DNA of 64,000 nt, from assembly GCF_000150275.1 (NCBI RefSeq), contig NW_002060943.1, positions 11,160,878 through 11,224,877 on the forward strand. The letters are read 5' to 3'. This stretch comes from Trichoplax adhaerens (taxonomy: Eukaryota > Animalia > Placozoa). Below the pieces are notes generated by a model. The model had not been told where the DNA came from. It was given only the letters and a program-made list of their open reading frames with translations, and made no database searches. The position numbers were made by a program, and so were the translations under genes. Shown piece by piece: positions 53,201 through 64,000 of the stretch. Every line of letters begins with the position of its first letter. The stretch's first letter is position 1.

Positions 53201-55306
53201 AATTGAATTTGAGATGGAAGACAGCGTAGTATAAAGTATATCTACCGAATTTTTTTCCCCAATATAATGTAAACGTTCAGTAATTACTTACACGGTATAT
53301 TTTTCTTATACCTGGATATGATATACTACACTAATGAATACTGTCCTGCTGTATCGCTAAATTTTACAACTTTATACCGTATTACTGAATTACGTATACT
53401 CTTCTGACAGTATACACAATGCTATTAATAAAAATGATTCCTAGCCTCTTAGAACAACTATACGAGTTACACTCACCTTAGGGTACGAGTAAATCATAAA
53501 ATCAGAAACTATCAATACACCACAACTATGATCTGTCTGAATGAATTTGGTGCTGTTTGTATAATTAATTTTTTGTCACTAAAAAAATCGGTATCTTTGT
53601 AAGTTTGACCAATTGCTAAATTTCTAAATTGTTAAAAGTTAATTCATATTCTTTTTTCTATGTTCTCATAGCAATCCAGCCGGTGGGCAGTACAAATTAT
53701 ACGTTATCAAGTTTCGGAGGCAACGCAACACTATCTTGCAGTTTTTCTTCGAACACCAGTGGATTAACCGTTGTTTGGACACGCAATAATGTCCCAATCA
53801 CTTTTTCACAAAAATACGAGATTATAACTACAGAAGAAAATGGAGATGCTATTACAAGCAATTTGACCATAACTAATAGCAACATAACTGATGCTGGTCT
53901 GTATACTTGTAGGGCTACTGATCAATCACAGGTGTCCTACTCAACCATTGTTTCGATTTTAGGTAAATAATACCATATAATAGCACCACTTAATTTTTAT
54001 TATATTATCCTATGGATGTTTTAAAGTAATACCTTTATTTTAAAATTAGAAAGTTAAAAAAATTAAAAGCATTACTAGATTTAAATTTCTTTTGTGCTAG
54101 TAGGATAACTAAAATGGTTAAAAAATTTTAGAAATACTACTTCTAATTAATATCACCCTCTCGTGTATCAGTTGTTAAATGATGACTAATTAAGTAAGCA
54201 TATATTGACAATTTTTTCTATAGTATTACTGTCTGATTTTTCAATCGTGAAATCATATCCTTAGCTACAAGATCTTATCAAGTCTCTTTATTAGCGAGAC
54301 AGTTCATTTTATCCTTCTTTACCTTAACTAATATTAACAATGTAACACTACCTAAATTGTTAGAAGGATTCCAGCGACGATTATTTCAATGACACTATTG
54401 ATGACTTGATTTCATGTCAACTTTCTTTGATTCATTTACAGTCAAACCACTTCAACTTGGAGAAATAACTGACTTTCAAAGGCTAGTTGTAGGGAGTAAC
54501 GCCAGTATTACTTGTCGCATTCAAGCGTATCCATTACCAACATTGACATGGAGGAAGGGAAATGTAGAACTGTCCAATAAAACATATAACGTTTCAACAT
54601 CTCAATATAATATGACTACAACATTATCTCTAGCCAATCTTAATTATACGGATCGAAGCTTATATTCTTGTATATTTATGAATGAAGCTGGCAATCATAC
54701 AGAGACAGTTGATATTCGAGTCATGAGTAAGTAAAATGAATCAATTCTATCTTTGTATTACTAATGTAACATTGTACATTTTCAGAGAATACACAGTATT
54801 ATAATTACATCGGAATACGCCATGGCTAGTCTTAATAATACCCTAGTACAATGTTATTAATTCGTATTATTATATATACCCGTAGATATATTTGCATATA
54901 TCGGTAAATATATGCAAATCACAAAATGCTAGGGGACTACTATATTTCGAATAGAAGACTTAATTTTAATCGTTAATACAAAGTTTGCTGAAAGCTGATC
55001 GGATTTGTACTGATAAATTTCCTGCTACCTTCATCCCTACCTTAATTAAAATTAACCAATCCAAAATCTTGGAACTATCCAAGAATGCAGTCATGAGATA
55101 ATTATTTAAACAAACAAACCAATGGACGAGAAAAGTAGAACATTACAATTTTTATATCTAAATTAATAATTACATATTTATTGATTGATTGATTGATTCT
55201 AACAGGCAATCTAGCACCACTATGGCCCGCATTAGGCATCATATGTGAACTTGCTCTGGCAGCTGTGGCTTATTTAACCTATCATGGAAGGAAAGCGAAA
55301 CTGTGA
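50201..55306 (+). CDS. Basigin/neuroplastin/embigin-family type I membrane protein (signal peptide, 2 Ig domains, TM with intramembrane Glu)
   Basis: The signal exon (50201-50273) reads MNNGISIVFYVCALSAWMMLSPAS. The Ig1 exon (53672-53962) has ATLSC..VVW..DAGLYTC and the Ig2 exon (54442-54726) has ASITC..AYPLPTLTW..DRSLYSC..NEAG..IRVM. The TM exon (55206-55306) reads SNLAPLWPALGIICELALAAVAYLTYHGRKAKL*. All three introns are phase 1. The TM start matches the basigin/neuroplastin signature RSHLA(A/P)LWPFLGI.AE. Confidence 0.88.
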
Positions 55307-57576
55307 TTATTATTTATTCTTTCCTAAAACCTTATTTTGTAATTAATATGATAGCTATTTACAGCATTAATTGTATGTATGTAAGTTTCTTTCCTATATA
55401 CTAGCAATATTTTATTACGATACAAAATTGTTCGCATTATAAAACCTTGTAGTTGCATTTTATCAAATAGCAAATCTATCTTATCGTAACTAATTTAAAC
55501 ATTCTATAGTTTTCTGACCTCTTTTGATCACGTCTGATTATACTAAAGAGCTAATTTTTCTAGCAGTTAATTTTAAAGTTTCAATGTTTTTTGATAACTT
55601 GATATCTATTATAAATGACAGCACGATATGTAATTAAATGGGATAATATCTTCGGATCGCAATTAGTGTAGTAGTCAATTTCATACGTACAGTATATACG
55701 CTTGCATTATAATTTTAAGTTAAATTATCCATTTTCTTAAAACCTGTAGTCGAATTACTGCAAGATGTATAGCTTAACAAACAACACCCTGTATGCTATA
55801 CAATTTAGCGAACATTGTACGGTTTACAGTTTGAGTATTTGCATAAGCAGCAATTCTATTATTATTGTAAACTACTATAATTGTGCATACCACCTGAATA
55901 CGCTTAAATTTCTTAGCGATATTCGAAATCAGCTGTTATTTAATTTCGTTACTTGAATTCATATTCTTTCGTGTAAAATACAATCACTTGTTAAGTATTC
56001 TATCCTAATCAGCAGTCTTTCAAAATTTTATAAAGTAATAATTACATTAGACCGATCCAATGATACGAATATGAATATTTCACTAATGTTTGCGTGTAAA
56101 GATCCAATGTTAACCATACGCAGAAATGATTGAGTTATATTTGGATTTATTATTATTTAGAATTTTCTATGTAGCTATTAAGATTTGGTATCATATTAAC
56201 TGTAAAAATATGTACGACATGGTTTTACAGAAATAAGATATTAGTCAAGATATACTGATTAGCCATGACCAGTCGTAAGTTTATGTGTATTTGGATTATA
56301 GTGATGTAAATGTATCTACAGTATGGTATTATGTATGTAGTCCATAGACTACTTAATGTTACTAGTACGAATTCCTATCATGAAATCTGTTGCAAGACGC
56401 ACCCGCAATAACTAATTTCTTACCTTAATAAATGTTAATTTTTCTACATCTTTCATGACTATTATCCGTTACAAACCCAATAGCATATGGTAGGAAATAT
56501 CACCCTGTCGTTTACTAATATCACGTCATCCATCTATCTATAAGAATTTTTCTATAAATTTTGGTGCACGTCGAGTATCTTCTCCTAATAATCTCCGTAT
56601 AAATACCGCCTTTCACTCATGGTAGAAAATATCACATCATTTGTTATATGTACAGGTGAAAAATTGCTTGACTTATTTGTATCCAAAATAGGAGCCATTA
56701 ACTCCTGTAAGTTGATTCACTCTTGATAATCCCTAATTCATATTTAATACACTGCATGCTTTGTGATGAAAAAATTATGGTTATGTTAACTAACTATATT
56801 TAACTGAACGCTATCCGTCTGATTGTCACTGCTGAAATATATATATATAGTAATACTGATTTATTATACTAGGTACGAAAATATATCCATTCCTTGATAC
56901 TTTCATTGAGTAAGAATGTATTGCAATACAGAACCACATCTGTTATTTATTATAATCCATCTAAAAATGCAAGTATATTACCATGAAGTACATGAACTAT
57001 TATTAATTTTTATAGAATTATTCGAAATGATAACTCTAATTACAACTTAATAGCAATCTTTGATTATTCCAGATGGTAAATACAAAACTCTGTTGGTACA
57101 CCCATACTTGCTTGATATATTTAAATAACATTAAAGGAATTCTTTCTAAGATAACAGTAATAATTACGACATTGATTTTCTAAGCTAAGAGCAAATTACA
57201 ATTATGGATGAAAGGCTAATATAGAAGAACCATTAGCAGCAATTTTGCTTATGCGCCATCATAGCTATCATACTATTGATCTCTATTGATTTACACTCGT
57301 TTTATGGACCTGTACAGTTTTGAAGTTTCCACATCGCATCAGCATATACTACTCGTTAATGACTATACACAATATTTCAATATCATTTATGCAACGATTT
57401 AGAATGTTCCACAGCAATAATTATTAATAATTAATTACAAATGAAGTAAATAATGTTCTAACCCAATATGCTCAAAGAGAAAGTATATATCAAAACTAGT
57501 TTCATGAGGCAGAAACAAACGATCGTGATATTAGTAGTCTGTTGGGAGATACATGCATGTATATATCAACAATGCG

Positions 57577-60500
57577 TTACTTTTTCTTCTTCAGCTCTTC
57601 AAATCTTCGGGTAAGATCATCAAAATCGACATCATCTCCTCCAGCACTGTTCTGTCCAACATTAGAATTTCCAGGTTTTGTTGATGGAGCGGTAGGTAAA
57701 CTGCCGTTAGGTACAGACGGCAAGTCAGGCATGTTATTATTTTCAGGATGCATTGGTACATTTGGCAGAGCTGTATAGAGAATAGAACTGTTAAGAAGAT
57801 CTTTACCTGTACAAAATAATATAAAAAATTCCATCGATTAATGAAAGATATGAACTTTTCCCTTACTTGCATGTTTCCTAGGATCTTCATAACTAGGAGG
57901 TCGCTAAATCAAAAATTATGCTTCAATTAATAACAAATTTAAGATCTGTTGTTATTGTCTACATAAATTTTACTAGTAATAACTATTTCAGCATGTGTGC
58001 AGAATATACAGTGGAGTTTATCGTAAATCTATATTTACAAAAAACTCAGTGATGATAAATAACAGATTTGAGGTGTCTAAAAATTTGGCCCTTACATCTG
58101 CCGGAGCAGCTACGTTATTATAATTAGCGGGTCCAGGAAAGAATCCAGGAGCATTATTAGTGCCCTAAATTTTAAGAAGGTATTTCAAAGTTTAAACAAT
58201 GCCATTATTTTTAAACCGGATCACAATCCTAACTTGCTACCAAAACTACTATAAAATTTAAAGCAGATCACTACCGCTGGTGGGTAAACCATATCATTCT
58301 GATGCGTTGGATACGGTGGCTGTGATGGATACTGTGCTTGATGAGCCTGAGGCTGAAGAACTGGTGGTTGTGGCATTACTGGCGTATTCATTTGGGGTGG
58401 TAAAGCATGGCCTCCTCCACCGCCACCGCCACCATTGGGCTTATGGTCATTATCCTCATTGGTCGATGGCAATTTTGACATTAAATCGTCAACAGTGGGA
58501 ATTCCCGCACCCTATCATTAAATCAATGTTTTGTTATATAAATTTTTAAAGTAATAGAAGTTAAATTAACTTCTAAAAAGTTCGAAACATAGATTTGTAA
58601 TAACAACTAGTGATATACATTGTAGAAAATTTAAGCGTATAAGACATAGCGTCAATATGGGTCCTGACGCAAATTTGCAACATAAACATGAATATTTTCA
58701 AAGCAACTATTCATAATAATAATAATGAAATTACCGCTAAGACAGCAGGGTCAGGCTCGTAAGCAACGTTGTGAGATCTTGCAATTTCCACAATATATTG
58801 TTCAACAAGCACTGCTGGAGGACCATGAGGGCTTAATCTTTGTATTAGCTGCGTAATTAATTGGAGATAATGTAATATTATTATCACTACCGTCAAAAAT
58901 TCACTAACAATATAGAAAACATCCGTATACAATGTACAATTTTTAGTCACAGCATAGTGTAATGTACAGTATTCTTAACCCAATCTATGTAAGTAAATAC
59001 AACAGTTAAGACATGCATCCGTACTAACATGTTCATTAACGTAACTATCCGCATTTGCCCTAGCATCTTCCGCAAATTTCTTACCAAACTTGATACCTAA
59101 TAATTCACTAACCTATAACGATACAATATGTCAAGTTCAGTTTTTAGCCTTAAATACGTATAACAAGGATGTGAATGGAGTGATGCTATTTTCTATTCAT
59201 AGGCATAAAGTAACAAATATAAATACGAGATTTACGTTCGTAGCACACACAATATATCAATAAAAACTTACAACTCGCAGCTCAGCAACGTCAGATGCTA
59301 AGCGAGGAGAAGCCCAAATTAAAGAGCAAACGGCAGTTAATAACCCCTCATCACAGTGCCTAAAGACAAGTTTTGAAAAAATTCGTAAATAAAGCTTGAA
59401 AATTTGATACAAATATGTTAATGCACAATATAGAAATAAAATTTTAAGTGCGATACAATTAAATATAATAGTGCTGTGTATTGTTGTCGAGTATTTTGAT
59501 TTTTTCAAGTGATCTGATCTACAGTAACATTAAAATCAATTTGTTGGTCAAATTTAGACCACTGCAAACAAGAAGATCACAGCAGACAAATGCGTCAAGC
59601 GATTTCCGTAACAAGAACTTTTCTACATCTTGACACTTTTTAACCAATGTAATAGTAACACGATGTAATTACATAAAGCGAAAACGTTATAAACTTCATC
59701 TTCTCTACTAAAATTTATCAAAAAGCAGGTATGGTATAGAGACAACTCAAAATCTATCCGTTCCTACTTCATGCTCTCTAAAAGACCAAATCTTGCTAGT
59801 AGAAGGTCACAGTATAATTCAACCAACTCCATAGCCTCAACTAAATAATCTTCTCGGATGATATGTTCGACCTGTAAGCAAAATAAATCAAATCAGATTC
59901 AATAGTACAACAATGTTAAACTTACAATATCAATTCTAATGTAAATAGTATAAATTTCAATCATAGATAAATTAATCCAAAAGGGATATGAATTCAAATC
60001 CATTTCAATTAACTTAGTTACTCTTCTAATTTGGATGTATTTACTAAATTTGGCCTATTTTGACATGCTTGGGCATAGTGTAGAGGACATGCGTATAATT
60101 AATGCAACTGTTTATAGTGAACTTACATTTTTAAGTTATCCAATATCTTGTGACAAGATAAAGTAGAGTAGATACATGCTGCTATAATGTAAAGTAGTAT
60201 TAAACGAAGAATCATGTAAAGCTAATTTACTTACGCGAATTCTGGCTCTTTCATACTTTGCATTAATCAGGTAATCGGCTATTTCTTTGCGGGATTTCTG
60301 AGCCATTTCAGCTGAAATAGCACCAAAAAATTAGATCAAGTAAATCGTACGAAGCAAATATTGTAATATCACAAAAGCATGAATAAAAATCGAGCAGTAA
60401 CACAGGAAAAAAAACTGGGCGTGTGCATCGGTAGACAATCTGTGAGGTAATTTTAGCTAAATTTACGACTGGTATATCATTTTACGAATCGGAAAAGAAA

Positions 60501-62260
60501 ATGCATTGAATTATATGATTAACTGCAAGAAACCAAATCCTAAAGTACGATCATTGATTTGCTAGCCACACGGTACAACACAATCCTACTGTGTGAATGT
60601 ACTCGATATTCTTAGGTAACTCACTATATAAGTGCATAACATTAAAAGTACTGTCACTACATACCCGTACAGCAAAGAAAGTACTAACTCGATAACAAAC
60701 TCTAGTCGGTTAAAGGCTTAGAAATATTGCAACATATAAAACAACATACGCGTATGGCGTATTTTAAAATGGCGCATGATATAGAATATCAGCTTCCATG
60801 GTACATATTCTGAGGTTACAGAAACGACTGATTTAGTTGAGGTCCCCAATTTAAAGACTGGTAACCGATATGAATTTACGCGACGTGCATTATCCTATAA
60901 CTAATTTTCAAGAATAACTAATCTAGGTTAATAGGATTAGATGAACTGTTTTATTATACCTATCTAACTATATTCTTTTCAAGTTGAATGAAAACAAGAG
61001 TTGACGGATGGTAAGACAGTAAAATTTATGAACTGAAACAGAACTGTCTACGTACCTGTATATCAAGCGTACACGACTATACTGTATACGTCATTGCAGA
61101 ACTATGACCAATGTAGGTAAATTTGAAGTAAATCACATCTATTTTCACTAGTTATTTACAGTACAGATATACAACTACATCAGCGCTTTACCCTAAACCA
61201 GTAAATTCTGTAACACTGTAGTCAGCAAGTATTGAAAGCATGACAAAACAATGTAATGTTAGCTCCATCCAAGTCAAAAAAACATTGGATCAAGTGCATT
61301 AGACAGATCCAGTCAATTTTTAGACTATATCATTTACAAATAGGCCAGAATGCTAATCTAAACCTGTCTATCATCAATTTTGTACAGTGTAGCAAGAGAA
61401 CTTGGCAAGGTGGAAAACATTGATGTCCAATATTAGTGTGTAAGTAGCAATATTTATGCAGGAGGATATTGGTTATACTGGTATGGCAATTGTCATTCTA
61501 TGTGTATAAATGGTGATCATTTGTGAATTTGTAGTAAAGCACAGATGATTTGATTTCCGATTAAACACTCTTGCCTATTGGTGTTAGTGAACTATTGAGT
61601 CTGATCCAGGTATCCCCTTGCATGATGATTAGTTCATATTACAGCAAGTCCTCTTGAAATAGTAATATGGATGTTGCATTGTGCATTTCAGTATTGAGAT
61701 AAGCTACTGTAGAGTCTGCTAACAAGAAAGTAAACACCTGCAATCAAATCGATTGGAAGTACTTTACCTATAAGCCAATATGGAAGTAGTCACTTCAAGC
61801 TCAAGTACTGTACAGTATGTTGTATTACAAGATTTAAGATTGATGTGGAGATACTGTAAGACAAATCAGTGTTGAACGCTAACTACGCTCCATTTTAGTT
61901 TGTCTAACTGCGTACAAGTGGATAGGTTTTCTTGGATGGAGTCATTGCAATGGTTGAATTGATCTCAAATTTATGTTATTCCATCAATGCAAAGAGAGGC
62001 TACAGTCATTTCATGGCAAAATGGAAGGAGAATATTATTGATTGAGGGAGGGACTGTGATATAAGTTATCCAAGATGAAGAAGTTGAGCATTAACAGTGG
62101 ATGCAGCATTTGTAGTCATTGTGGGTCAAGTTGTAGTAGAGTAGGTGATTGATTATCCAGTGGATTACTTACTTTTTTTCTTTTCCAATAACTTGAGTCG
62201 GTTAATAACCAATCTAAGGTTTACTCGTAGTTTTTGTGGACGCCAAGAAGCCTTAAACAT
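57577..62260 (-). CDS. IST1: IST1 homolog (ESCRT-III-associated factor), about 10 coding exons
   Basis: Exon 62173-62260 reads MFKASWRPQKLRVNLRLVINRLKLLEKKK. Later exons give TEMAQKSRKEIADYL..RARIR (60235-60311), VEHIIREDYLVEAMELVELYCDLLLARFGL (59768-59871), SLIWASPRL..VAELR, LVEQYIVEIARSHNVAYEPD, a Gly/Pro-rich linker, RPPSYED, MIM2-like MPDLPSVP and MIM1 DVDFDDLTRRFEELKKKK*. Confidence 0.97.
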
Positions 62261-62713
62261 GTCCAATTTCTATTTCTTCAAAGTTGTCTATGGCAAAGGA
62301 ATGGCTTAATTTTTAAAAAGTGCAAGGATATTTTCTCCAAGATTCCGGTCGTGATGTAGCAATGGCGATATCCAACTTCCAGTGTGCAATCTGACCAGGC
62401 CAAAGCATTGGAGATCTTATTTATCTCCCCCCGTACTGTACCCACTATACCATATTATCTACTGTACGATACGGGTGCTATGCCATTCCACTCACTCTTC
62501 CCCGTCAACAATCGTCATGTATGAAAAACAACATTGACACGGGACGGGGGTGACCCGATTTTACCATCATGTCATTATTGTAATGTTTCTATTTTAAGAT
62601 TTTCTGATCATTGATACGGACTGCAGTACGTACAGAACAGGACTTTCTTGTTGCTTACTATTGTACAATGTACAGTACTGTACTGTACTGTATGTCCGGA
62701 GTGACTACTGTAG

Positions 62714-63783
62714 TGTAGTCAACTACAAGAACTGTACTGAGTGGACAGTGCAGTATATCTGTCACCGTGTCACACGTATCGATGACACCGCTGGTGAATG
62801 ACATCATCAACCATCCATCAATTCATACAAGAAGCACCAGTCACTCCGTCCATCCATCTCTACACTTTCGCTCGCTGTGACCAAAATATCGAATGCAGAG
62901 CGCAACTCACTATATTTTCCGACTGTAGTCAACTACAAGAACTGTACTGAGTGGACAGTGCAGTATATCTGTCACCGTGTCACACGTATCGATGACACCG
63001 CTGGTGAATGACATCATCAACCATCCATCAATTCATACAAGAAGCACCAGTCACTCCGTCCATCCATTTCTACACTTTCGCTCGCTGTGACCAAAATATC
63101 GAATGCAGAGCGCAACTCACTATATTTTCCGACTGTAGTCAACTACAAGAACTGTACTGAGTGGACAGTGCAGTATATCTGTCACCGTGTCACACGTATC
63201 GATGACACCGCTGGTGAATGACATCATCAACCATCCATCAATTCATACAAGAAGCACCAGTCACTCCGTCCATCCATCTCTACACTTTCGCTCGCTGTGA
63301 CCAAAATATCGAATGCCGAGCGCAACTCACTATATTTTCCGACTGTAGTCAACTACAAGAACTGTACTGAGTGGACAGTGCAGTATATCTGTCACCGTGT
63401 CACGTATCGATGACACCGCTGGTGAATAACATTATCAACCATCCATCAATTCATACAAGAAGCACCAGTCACTCCATCCATCCATCTCTACACTTTCGCT
63501 CGCTGTGACCAAAATACCAAATGCAAAGCACAACTCACCGACTGTAACACAGTACTGTACAGTGTACAGTACTGTACTGTACACTGTACAGTACTGTAGT
63601 CACTCTGGACATACTGTACTGTACAGTGTACATCTGTCACGTATCGATGACACGGCGATGCGGTGAATGACATCATCAACCATCAATTCATAGAAGAAGC
63701 ACCAGTCACTCCATCCATCTCTACACTTTCCCTCGCTGTGACCAAAATACCAAATGCAAAGCACAACTCACTACATTTTCCGA
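62714..63783. repeat. 210-bp tandem repeat array (3 near-identical copies plus 2 more diverged copies) upstream of IST1
   Basis: The unit start TGTAGTCAACTACAAGAACTG recurs at 62714, 62924, 63134 and 63344, an exact 210-bp period. A fifth diverged copy spans about 63595-63783. Copies 1-3 differ only by isolated single substitutions. Confidence 0.97.
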
Positions 63784-64000
63784 AAGCTATACTACTTTCG
63801 TAGACTAAGTTGAAAAATTTTGAAGAGAGCAGACGTATCAATAATATAGAAAAGTACACACCACATAGACAACATTGATACTAGTTTACTGGCCATAGAG
63901 ACAGGCAAATTTGGACGATCATTCAGTAAAAACGTAGCATGAAGCCATTGCAAGTGAGCATAGCGAGGTCGTTGACGGTGTAGTGTCACTAGTGTGGGGT

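Noticed and set aside
55295-55306. C-terminal AKL of the basigin-like protein as a peroxisomal PTS1
   Set aside because: The protein has a signal peptide and a TM segment and so enters the secretory pathway. PTS1 import applies to soluble matrix proteins.
31932-62260. VARP and IST1 as a functional endosomal-trafficking gene cluster
   Set aside because: Unrelated genes separate them, and housekeeping trafficking genes are common enough for this to be chance or simple ancestral linkage.
62286-62331. AT-AC intron in the IST1 leader (ATATCCTTG…TAGAC on the minus strand)
   Set aside because: It would be only about 46 nt long with no U12 branch site. The same bases are better explained as a normal acceptor, TTCCTTTGCCATAG.
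62714-63783. CRISPR-like or coding interpretation of the 210-bp array
   Set aside because: Whole units are near-identical with no unique spacers, there are no cas genes and the DNA is eukaryotic. Although 210 is divisible by 3, no long ORF runs through the array. I could not match the unit to 5S, 5.8S, tRNA or snRNA sequences, and the Sm-like ATATTTTGG on the minus strand is too weak alone.
63940-63960. Possible first coding mini-exon of a next plus-strand gene (ATGAAGCCATTGCAA|GTGAGC, MKPLQ)
   Set aside because: It is too short and too close to the window edge to support without downstream sequence.

Overview
AT-rich animal genomic DNA with many short (about 60-150 nt) GT-AG introns and one 495-nt assembly gap. 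The compact gene structure, the intronless orphan GPCR and the protein sequences suggest an early-branching animal, probably a placozoan such as Trichoplax; this is an inference. I hand-spliced nine protein-coding genes: a TPR protein (TTC24-like, -, runs off the left edge), tyrosine aminotransferase TAT (-), an orphan class A GPCR with an EKY motif (+), SNRK (+), mitochondrial MCAT (-), ANKRD27/VARP (+), CNOT10 (-), a basigin/neuroplastin-family 2-Ig membrane protein (+) and IST1 (-). I found no rRNA, tRNA or CRISPR array. The most striking unexplained signal is non-coding: dense tracts of the self-complementary CAGTA/TACTG pentamer sit at gene 5' ends and divergent intergenic regions. A young 210-bp tandem array bracketed by a 19-bp inverted repeat abuts the IST1 leader, and an older decayed array lies in the MCAT/VARP divergent region. 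Together these suggest a repeat-based promoter architecture worth testing. Exon coordinates were read by eye and may be off by a few bases.
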